The translations under genes and the position numbers were made by a program. The notes beneath the pieces were generated by a model, which was not told where the DNA came from, did no database searches, and saw only the letters and a list, made by a program, of their open reading frames with translations. Below are positions 57,002 to 64,000 of a DNA stretch of 64,000 nt, in pieces (within the stretch, counting starts at the first letter, position 1; every line of letters begins with the position of its first letter). This DNA comes from an uncultured Clostridia bacterium (GTDB taxonomy: Bacteria; Bacillota; Clostridia; Christensenellales; UBA1242), in contig CALVNZ010000002.1 of the NCBI GenBank assembly GCA_944350115.1, forward strand, positions 9,939 to 73,938. The letters run 5' to 3'.

Positions 57002-57413
57002 TGTTGAACAAACAATAAAATTTGCTCAAAATTTTGCGAAAATGGTTAAAGCACCATGTGTTATTTTGTTGCGTGGTGATTTAGGCGCAGGGAAAACGCA
57101 TTTTGTGAAAGGTTTTGTTAAGGGGATAAAAGCAAAAGAACAAGTCACAAGTCCGACTTTTACAATCATGAATATTTATAATTCAGGTAAATTTCCTATT
57201 TATCATTTTGACCTTTACAGATTGACAGGTGATGACGAAGCGGAAGAGCTTGGATTTTATGATTATTTCGACCATAAAAAACTTGACGGCATAAGTCTAG
57301 TTGAGTGGCCAGAAAATGCTCCACAACTTGTTAAAGAGTATGATTTTGAAGTGGAGATAAAAAAACTTGATGATGAAAACAAAAGATTGATAATAGTAAG
57401 GGGGAAAGAGTGA
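56982..57413 (+). CDS. tsaE: tRNA t6A biosynthesis ATPase TsaE
   Basis: LLRGDLGAGKT P-loop, SPTFTI and HFDLYRL. Confidence 0.9.
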   Translation: METTSNNVEQTIKFAQNFAKMVKAPCVILLRGDLGAGKTHFVKGFVKGIKAKEQVTSPTFTIMNIYNSGKFPIYHFDLYRLTGDDEAEELGFYDYFDHKKLDGISLVEWPENAPQLVKEYDFEVEIKKLDDENKRLIIVRGKE

Positions 57414-58030
57414 TGCTTGCAATATCTACAGCAACAAAAAAAGCTCTTGTGGCACTTGAACACAATGGTAAAAGAATTTACAAAGAAATTGAGGCGGATT
57501 GTCGTCAATCAGAAAAAATGATGCAAGAGATTGATGAAATGCTTCGTTCACAAAATTTAACGCTTAAAGATGTTGGAAATTTTGCTTTGGTGACCGGACC
57601 GGGATCTTTTACTGGGCTTAGAATTGGAGCCAGTTTATTAAAAGGGTTCTGCGCTGGGCAAAAGATGCATAAAATTGTGCCTATACCGACCATGGATTTA
57701 ATCGCTTTTTCAGTTATGAAAGAATATAAGCCAAAGTCAAATTTTTCGTGTTATATGAACGCGCAAAGTGGGAGGTATTACAGTGCTAGTTATAATAAAA
57801 AAGGTGAGAAAACTTGCGCTGAACACATAGAAGATGTGACAAAAGTTTTAAAAGGAAGAGGGGCAAAATATTGCCTATTGGAAGAGGCGTTTTTGACGAA
57901 TTCTGTGACACTGACTTGTGAAAATCTTTTGGAACTTGCCTTGAAACTTGAAGCAGAAAATGTGCTGGTTTCAGACAAAGAACTAAGCGTAAAATACATC
58001 AGAAAATCATCGGCAGAAGAAAATCTTTAG
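57410..58030 (+). CDS. tsaB: tRNA t6A biosynthesis protein TsaB
   Basis: ML.IST...ALV start and VTGPGSFTGLRIG motif. Overlaps the tsaE stop. Confidence 0.87.
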   Translation: MMLAISTATKKALVALEHNGKRIYKEIEADCRQSEKMMQEIDEMLRSQNLTLKDVGNFALVTGPGSFTGLRIGASLLKGFCAGQKMHKIVPIPTMDLIAFSVMKEYKPKSNFSCYMNAQSGRYYSASYNKKGEKTCAEHIEDVTKVLKGRGAKYCLLEEAFLTNSVTLTCENLLELALKLEAENVLVSDKELSVKYIRKSSAEENL

Positions 58031-58117
58031 AGATCAAAAAAAATTAAAAAAAGTGCGTTAAATTGATAGACATAAGTTTTCAATATAAGTATAATTGCAA
58101 TAGATTTTGGAGGTGTT

Positions 58118-58600
58118 ATGAAAAAAACCGAATATAAACGTTGCCCTAGATGTGAACTTAACTTTATTAAAAAGAGCGAAAAACTTTGTTCTGTTTGTCA
58201 AGCAGAGCTTTCAAATAAAGATGACTACCTTGATGATTTGGATCTTGAACTTTGCCCAATTTGCAAAACCAATTATATTCAACCAGACGAAATTATGTGT
58301 TCAAGCTGTTTGAAAGAGCATCAAACAGAAGATGGTGAAGTGAGTGCTGATTGGAGCAGATATATTGAACGCGATGATGAAGATGATTATGTTTCTCCTG
58401 ATGAAGAGACGGGCGAGATGGCATCAGTTCATGACATTGATGACGATGACGTTCTTGATGGCGGATTTGACAGCGACCTTGATTTTGATGATGGTTTAGA
58501 CGATGATTTAGATTTGGATGAAGAACTCGATGATGATTTAGAATTTGATGACGATGATGAAGACGATGACGAAGATGATGAAGATGATGATGAAGATTAA
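58118..58600 (+). CDS. Double zinc-ribbon protein with poly-Asp/Glu C-terminal tail (hypothetical)
   Basis: CPRC...CSVC and CPIC...CSSC (four CxxC pairs), then about 80 aa that are mostly D/E. GGAGG RBS. Confidence 0.65.
   Translation: MKKTEYKRCPRCELNFIKKSEKLCSVCQAELSNKDDYLDDLDLELCPICKTNYIQPDEIMCSSCLKEHQTEDGEVSADWSRYIERDDEDDYVSPDEETGEMASVHDIDDDDVLDGGFDSDLDFDDGLDDDLDLDEELDDDLEFDDDDEDDDEDDEDDDED
58400..58597 (+). repeat. Coding low-complexity GAT/GAA/GAC triplet tract
   Basis: Runs of gatgat/gaagat/gacgat codons encode the acidic tail. Confidence 0.7.
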
Positions 58601-58604
58601 AAAT

Positions 58605-58632
58605 AAAACCACGGTTTAAACCGTGGTTTTTT
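58605..58632. terminator. Bidirectional terminator
   Basis: 8-bp stem aaccacgg/ccgtggtt flanked by A- and T-runs. It lies between convergent genes. Confidence 0.75.
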
Positions 58633-58637
58633 ATTTA

Positions 58638-61600
58638 TTATTTTTCATTTTGTTTTTTATCTTTTTTATTTTGAATTTGCTCCATTTTTTTATGGTCAGC
58701 AAGTATTCGTTTTTCAACGATCATCAAATAATCGGCAGATTCAATATAAGCAAGATGTTCTTTGAATTCTTCGACATTCTTTTGCAGACGAGTGCGTTTT
58801 TGTGCAAATGATTTGAATTTTCTTTCAACTTCTTTTGTAACTTTGCCTTCTTCACGAGCCTTGCTTACAATCTTTTTGTTTTCTTGTTCAAGTTCGTCAA
58901 TCTGCGCTTGTAATTCTGCAATGTGAGATTTAACTCTTTCTATTTCGATGTTTCTTATGTTTTTCGCTTCATTTGTTATGACGTCTTGATGTAAAGATTG
59001 TTCACGATCGTAGTCACCTTTTGCTTTCTTTTCAGGTCTTGACCATTTAAATTTTCTTAATGCAAATAGTATAACAGCAAGAATTATAGTTACACCAAAG
59101 ATTAGGGAAGGAATGAGAAGCCAAATGTAAGAATTGTCTGGATCTGATGAAGTGCTGTCATCGGTTGTCGTGTCATCATCTTCAGTTTCTTCTGTTGTTG
59201 CTTCTGCTTTAAATATTGTTTCGTTATAGCCTTCTTTTTCGCTTAAACCTTCATAAGTTGTGGAATCAGATTCAGCCCAAGTTATATCTGTCAAATATGC
59301 ATATCCGCTTGTTTCAATTCTATCACTTACAAGTTTAAATACAAAATCGCTTTCAACGGCTTCTGTCGCTTCAAAATAAATTTCGTAAGATGTCCAGCCT
59401 TCATTTGCTTTTAAGTTTGTCACCAAATTATATTCGCTCAAACCAACGCTAACCCCAAAGCTTGCTTGTTGCTCGTCAGCATTGTCATCTACATAAGTAA
59501 ATTCATCTGGAAGGGAAGTGAGAAGCCTAAATTTTAAAACATAATATTTGCTTGCTTCCAAGCTAAGCTTAAAGTTTGATGTAAGAGTGTAAGTTGCTTT
59601 ATCATAAGTGATGATAGTTAAAACATTTTTGGTAAGCGAGCCGTCATCAATTGATTCATGATCTTTATAACCAAAGGAATCGTTGCCTTCACCTTTTATT
59701 ATTCCGCCTTCCGCTGTTCCAATTGAGCCTGAAGTCAATGATCCAGCGTAAACATTTGATGAGGTGAGAGTGTATCCAATTTCATTGTTAGGATCAAGAG
59801 AAAGCATAAATCCTGATAGATCAACTTTTACGGTTGCAGTTTCGAATTCTTCTGATGAAGATGTGAGAAGTTCCATGTTATCAAAGAAAGCATAACCAGT
59901 TGCTTTTTCGTCTTCATTTCCAAATTCTATCACTGCTGTGATTGTTGATGATGTTTCACCAGCGTTGATCACTGCATTGTAAGTTGTCCAAACCGAGCTG
60001 TTTAATCCTTTTTCATATAAAATAACAATTCCGTCTTCATCAATTAATTTAATATTAAATTTTGCATTTTCTCCATAAGTTTTGAAATCAATTGAGAAAT
60101 TGTAATAGCTTCCAGCTGTCAAAGTAAATGTTGATGAAGTGATTGATTGATAATCAAGTTGAGCGTTATACATCATCAAAATGTTGTTTACATCATCAGT
60201 TTTAGAATCAGCATTTGGGTTTCCTGGATTTGCAAGTGATTGTGCCCAGTCATAGCCATTTGCCTTGTATGATTCAAAGTAAGGAGCATAAATGTTGATG
60301 ATGCCAGCTTCTTTGGTTGCAGGAAGTGATGATTGTGAAATTTCAAAACCTGCTGGTTTAACAGGAAAATTATGTTCCTTTGTCTCTGGTTCACCTTGAT
60401 TAAAGTAACCATTTGTTATTGTTGTGCTTTCATCAGTTGCTGTTGCAAGTTTTAAAACATTTCCTTCGCTAGAAAAATCACTGTAAGCAATTTGTTCCAA
60501 AGTTATGTTGTCAACAACGACACCACCTTTAGCCAAAGAATCACTTGTCCCAAGCATTAATGACATTGTCACTTCTGAATCATATCGGTCATGCCCTTGA
60601 ATGTAGAATGTTACTTCATTGTAGCTGTTAATAAAATTGTTTGAACCATTTGTTGAAACAGCAGAAGATGTTGCTGACATAAGTTCATAATTTTTTAAAT
60701 ATTCAAAATTGTTTTTAATTGTTTCAGTTTCGTTGAGTTTAACATAAAAACTTCCGCTTTCTAAATCTGCAAATTTGACACGCAAAGTCACTTTATATGT
60801 CATCATTGACTTAATTTCGAAAGGCAAAGATTTGGCTGTAACATAAGAATCATCGTCAGTCCACAAAACTAAAGCTTGTGAGTTGTCTTTTGCAAAATCT
60901 GTGCCAGGGTAGGTAAGACCAGTGGTGTTTTTAAAGTTGTCCTCATTCATGTTTAAGATCATAGCATGAGAGTTTTCTGCAGACGTTGTCTTTTCCCAAC
61001 CAACCAAATTGTTTGTGGAGCCTTCCAAATCTTTTTCAAAATCAAAGTTTAAGGAAGATGTGTCAACGAAATTAGATTTTTCAATCAAAACATTTTTGCA
61101 AGCAATTCCACTTTCTTGATTTTTTTGCATTGTCCAGTAGTAAGCGTTTTCAGAAAGTTGTCTGCCACAAACTTCATCAAAGAATGCCACGCCTGTTGAT
61201 GCAAAAGTTTCTGAACCCAGCCATAAATCAATTGTTATTGTTTGTTCTTGCGCTCCTGTTGCGATGTAGTAATATTGCACTTGCCATTCTCTTGCTTGAA
61301 TGTTTGTTGTTGAAAGTTCAATCTCGTCACCGTTTTCATCAACAAGCCCAGAAATATAAATTGAAGCAAATTCATTTGCGTCGTTGAACGATGCAGTTTT
61401 CACTGCGACAGAAAATTCATAATAGCTATTTGCAGAAAGAGTGATTTCGTCTGAAATGTAGCCTTCACTGATTTCTCTTGCTTGATAGTTTGCATTATTT
61501 GGGGAAGAAGATGATGAATTTATCATCAAGATTTTGTTATCTTCCGTTCCGTAAGTGCCCGGATTATTTTTTAAATAGTAGGTCGACGACGAGTTTGTTG

Positions 61601-61865
61601 AATAATTAGTCACGGTGTCAATGATCATCGTTTTTGCACCAGTCGAACCATAATATCTTTGCCAGCCACTTGGATCATCTTCATAGTAAGTTCCAGAAAT
61701 ATCACCAAAACTTCCGTTTGTTATTGAAACGGAAGAAGTATATTGTGAAAAAGATGATGCTTGAGAGATGTTTTGTGGTTGTGAAAGTCCCAAAAGTGAA
61801 AGAGGTAAAGCCAAACCAAGCATACCAGCAGTCAAAATTTTTAAGCCTGTTTTTTTCTTTGTCAT
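58638..61865 (-). CDS. Large type-I surface protein: signal peptide, four CBM/jelly-roll-like modules, TM helix, cytoplasmic coiled coil
   Basis: Signal peptide MTKKKTGLKILTAGMLGLALPLSLLG. Four modules recur with the pattern L.A.SYY.FS...KT...W..Y...........L.LG......G.AFFD. An acidic Thr-rich linker and the TM helix YIWLLIPSLIFGVTIILAVILFAL follow, then about 150 aa of K/E-rich heptad-like tail. Confidence 0.8.
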   Translation of the reverse strand: MTKKKTGLKILTAGMLGLALPLSLLGLSQPQNISQASSFSQYTSSVSITNGSFGDISGTYYEDDPSGWQRYYGSTGAKTMIIDTVTNYSTNSSSTYYLKNNPGTYGTEDNKILMINSSSSSPNNANYQAREISEGYISDEITLSANSYYEFSVAVKTASFNDANEFASIYISGLVDENGDEIELSTTNIQAREWQVQYYYIATGAQEQTITIDLWLGSETFASTGVAFFDEVCGRQLSENAYYWTMQKNQESGIACKNVLIEKSNFVDTSSLNFDFEKDLEGSTNNLVGWEKTTSAENSHAMILNMNEDNFKNTTGLTYPGTDFAKDNSQALVLWTDDDSYVTAKSLPFEIKSMMTYKVTLRVKFADLESGSFYVKLNETETIKNNFEYLKNYELMSATSSAVSTNGSNNFINSYNEVTFYIQGHDRYDSEVTMSLMLGTSDSLAKGGVVVDNITLEQIAYSDFSSEGNVLKLATATDESTTITNGYFNQGEPETKEHNFPVKPAGFEISQSSLPATKEAGIINIYAPYFESYKANGYDWAQSLANPGNPNADSKTDDVNNILMMYNAQLDYQSITSSTFTLTAGSYYNFSIDFKTYGENAKFNIKLIDEDGIVILYEKGLNSSVWTTYNAVINAGETSSTITAVIEFGNEDEKATGYAFFDNMELLTSSSEEFETATVKVDLSGFMLSLDPNNEIGYTLTSSNVYAGSLTSGSIGTAEGGIIKGEGNDSFGYKDHESIDDGSLTKNVLTIITYDKATYTLTSNFKLSLEASKYYVLKFRLLTSLPDEFTYVDDNADEQQASFGVSVGLSEYNLVTNLKANEGWTSYEIYFEATEAVESDFVFKLVSDRIETSGYAYLTDITWAESDSTTYEGLSEKEGYNETIFKAEATTEETEDDDTTTDDSTSSDPDNSYIWLLIPSLIFGVTIILAVILFALRKFKWSRPEKKAKGDYDREQSLHQDVITNEAKNIRNIEIERVKSHIAELQAQIDELEQENKKIVSKAREEGKVTKEVERKFKSFAQKRTRLQKNVEEFKEHLAYIESADYLMIVEKRILADHKKMEQIQNKKDKKQNEK

Positions 61866-61957
61866 GTAAAATTTTTCCTTAATTTAAAATGTCAATATTT
61901 AGTATATAACAAATTAATTTAATAATCAAATATTTTTTGCTAAAAATAACACTAAAT

Positions 61958-62356
61958 ATGAAAAAAAATTCCAAACAGAAAACAAAAATTACAAAAAAAA
62001 ATATTGCTAAAAAACTTATGCTTGTTTTAATTGGGGGCGTGATTGGGTTTTTAAATGGTTTTTTTGGAGGAGGTGGAGGAATGGTTTGCGTTCCAACCTT
62101 AGAAAAGTTTCTAAACCTTGACAATAAAAAGGCACACGCAACAGCGATAGCAGTGATATTTCCACTTTCAGTTGTGAGTTGCGCTGTTTATATTTTCAAG
62201 GGCGCCATTCAATCGTTGCCGTTAATGACGGTTGGACTTGGTGTGATATTAGGTGGAATTTTAGGTTCAATTTTACTAAAATATCTTTCTTCAAATGTTA
62301 TTAGAGTTATTTTTGCTGTGCTTATGCTCGCTGGTGGATTGAGGTTGATTTTATGA
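61958..62356 (+). CDS. TSUP (TauE/SafE) family half-size membrane protein, N-half
   Basis: Four TM helices with the GFLNGFFGGGGGMVCVP motif typical of TSUP repeat units. Confidence 0.75.
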   Translation: MKKNSKQKTKITKKNIAKKLMLVLIGGVIGFLNGFFGGGGGMVCVPTLEKFLNLDNKKAHATAIAVIFPLSVVSCAVYIFKGAIQSLPLMTVGLGVILGGILGSILLKYLSSNVIRVIFAVLMLAGGLRLIL

Positions 62357-62748
62357 CGATTTTCTGGCCTATATTTTTTGGTATTTTAGGTGGTTTTGTT
62401 GGGGGATTAGGCATGGGTGGAGGCACTGTGCTCATTCCTCTTTTAAGCATATTTTTAGGATATAACCAACAATTAAGTCAAGGAATTAATCTTTTAACTT
62501 TTTTAGTTATGGCTGTCGTTTCAATTTGGATCCATTCGAAAAATGGGCTCATTCAAACAAAAGGAATTTTATGGATTGTTTTAGGGGGCGTTGTTTTTTC
62601 TGTTTTGGGGGCTTTTCTTGCAACCGTTATGCCAAACTTAATTTTAAGAAAAATATTTGGCGGATTTTTGTGTGTTTTAAGTGTTTTTGAATTTTTAAAA
62701 ATTTTTAAAAAAAAGCCTAAAATTTTAAACAATAAAAATAAAAAATAA
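62353..62748 (+). CDS. TSUP (TauE/SafE) family half-size membrane protein, C-half
   Basis: Four TM helices with GGFVGGLGMGGGTVLIP. ATGA overlap with the upstream half. Confidence 0.75.
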   Translation: MTIFWPIFFGILGGFVGGLGMGGGTVLIPLLSIFLGYNQQLSQGINLLTFLVMAVVSIWIHSKNGLIQTKGILWIVLGGVVFSVLGAFLATVMPNLILRKIFGGFLCVLSVFEFLKIFKKKPKILNNKNKK

Positions 62749-62867
62749 TTAAAAAATACACATTTTTTTAATAGTTGTTTTAAGCAAACTTTTTGTTTTG
62801 ATTTTTAAAAAAATGGTTTACAAAGCGATTGCTTTATGTTATAATGCAGGCAGAGGTGAAATGCGTT

Positions 62868-63038
62868 ATGAAGGTTAATCCTAAAAAATGTATAGGGTGT
62901 GGCACTTGCATTGCGATATGTCCTGTTGAAGCAATTTCTTTTGATAAAAATGGAAAAGCAAAAATAAATCAAAACAAATGTATTCATTGCGGGGCGTGCG
63001 CATCAAGTTGTCCTGTTAGTGCAATAGATCAAAATTAA
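62868..63038 (+). CDS. 2x[4Fe-4S] ferredoxin
   Basis: Two CxxCxxCxxxCP motifs (CIGCGTCIAICP and CIHCGACASSCP) in 56 aa. A TTTACA-17-TATAAT promoter lies upstream. Confidence 0.88.
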   Translation: MKVNPKKCIGCGTCIAICPVEAISFDKNGKAKINQNKCIHCGACASSCPVSAIDQN

Positions 63039-63053
63039 AAAGGGGAATTGACT

Positions 63054-64000
63054 GTGGAAAAAATTGCTATTATTGAACTTGCTGATTCAGCTATTAATCT
63101 TTCAATTTTTGAGACACAAAATGGAAGATACAAATTAATTAGACAAGAAAAAGATTTTGTTTCAATCTTTAAAGATATTTTTGAAGAAAAACTTTTGCGA
63201 CCAAAAACCATTGCTGATGTGGTTTCCATTTTAAAATTATACAGAAATGTCATTGAAGACAATAATGTTCAAAAAATAATTGCTGTTGCTGATAATATGA
63301 TTTCATCGGCAAGAAACCAAAGAGGTTTTTTTGATGAAATTTTTAATAACACGGGAATTACTTTTACATTTTTAACAGAAGAAGATGTTGTTAAAAACAT
63401 TTATACTTCAGTTGTTAATTCTATTGACAATTCAAAAGGTGGCATCATTTATATCGGTGCAAATGAAAGTCATTTGATAAGATATAACCGTCGCACAACT
63501 TTGGGGTCAGTTTGCATTCCTTATGGATATGAAAACATCATGCAAGGCAAAGATGTAGCATTTGAAGACATGAAAAAAATCTTTTTGGCTGAATTGAAAG
63601 CAAGAGATTTTAAATTCGAAAGTGAAGCACCTTTGGTTGGCGTTGGTGTGCCTTTTATCAATCTTGGAAGAATTGCAAAAAAGATTGACCATTATTCTTT
63701 AGAACTTGACAACAACTATGACGTGACAGGGCAGTCGGCAAAAGCTGTTATGAATTTTGTCAACGGACTTGATGTTGAAAAAGTTAAAAAAGTGAAAGGC
63801 CTTGTTGATGATAGGACAGAAGTTTTATTCTCTGGTTTTGCCATTGTTTCTGCAATTTATGACTATTTTAAAGATGCAACAATTACTATTAGCACAGCAA
63901 ACAAGAGAGAGGGAATAATTGCAGGCAGCATTTCTGCTGATGTGCAAGAAAAACTTTCAGATCTTTTGGCAAGTTCGTTTTACAACAGATATGAATTTGA
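63054..64000 (+). CDS. Ppx/GppA-family phosphatase-like protein (ASKHA fold), 3' end beyond window
   Basis: The frame is open from GTG 63054 to the window edge (it has no stop, so it is absent from the ORF track). IAIIELADSAINLSIF...YKLI, VADNMISSARNQ and IIYIGANESHL resemble Ppx/GppA N-terminal domains. Confidence 0.65.
   Translation, partial: MEKIAIIELADSAINLSIFETQNGRYKLIRQEKDFVSIFKDIFEEKLLRPKTIADVVSILKLYRNVIEDNNVQKIIAVADNMISSARNQRGFFDEIFNNTGITFTFLTEEDVVKNIYTSVVNSIDNSKGGIIYIGANESHLIRYNRRTTLGSVCIPYGYENIMQGKDVAFEDMKKIFLAELKARDFKFESEAPLVGVGVPFINLGRIAKKIDHYSLELDNNYDVTGQSAKAVMNFVNGLDVEKVKKVKGLVDDRTEVLFSGFAIVSAIYDYFKDATITISTANKREGIIAGSISADVQEKLSDLLASSFYNRYEF

Noticed and set aside
58400-58600. 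Tandem GAT/GAA repeat tract, as a possible non-coding satellite or CRISPR-like repeat
   Set aside because: It stays in frame with the zinc-ribbon ORF and encodes the acidic tail. There is no spacer-repeat periodicity.
61879-62124. 81-aa minus-strand ORF upstream of the surface-protein gene
   Set aside because: It overlaps the TSUP N-half gene and the AT-rich intergenic region. It is low-complexity with no RBS.

Overview
This is a low-GC (about one third G+C by eye) Firmicutes/Clostridia-like chromosomal segment from a probable spore-former, since gpr and a pdaB-like deacetylase are present. Most of it is core housekeeping with Bacillus-like synteny: rplS, comM/yifB-dprA-topA-(trmFO-like)-hslVU, trx, nifS-nifU, SRP RNA, T-box-controlled ileS, pepF, tadA, rlmH, rpsT-gpr, murI, groESL, murG, a type IIA topoisomerase B/A pair, gpmI, greA, RNase J and tsaE-tsaB. 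I saw no tRNA, rRNA, CRISPR array, transposase or integrase. The main anomaly is a compact, tightly coupled module of about 7.5 kb (27.15-34.66 kb) between an ABC-transporter operon and rpsT. It encodes a TerS-like fragment, a small CxxC protein, a portal, a scaffold, a major capsid protein, three unknown ORFs in the T7 gp11/gp12 (adaptor/nozzle) position, a small ORF, and two holin-like proteins (BhlA/UviB-type and phiLC3-type). It has no large terminase, integrase, replication or regulatory genes, tail fibre or endolysin, and no att-like flanking repeats. Its ORFs look intact, have strong RBSs and match host composition, which suggests a domesticated or satellite-type phage-particle system rather than a fresh prophage. 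Secondary oddities:
- a GC-rich, Cys/Pro-rich tail-anchored mini-ORF
- an Rx4H (HEPN-like)-CBS fusion protein
- a syntenic but degenerate TrmFO
- an IscU-like scaffold lacking the His-Cys ligand pair
- an orphan, catalytically degenerate ABC ATPase
- a double zinc-ribbon protein with a poly-Asp/Glu tail
- a 1075-aa type-I surface protein with four CBM-like modules and a cytoplasmic coiled coil
- a split half-size TSUP pair
All homology calls come from reading motifs in the translations; no database search was run.
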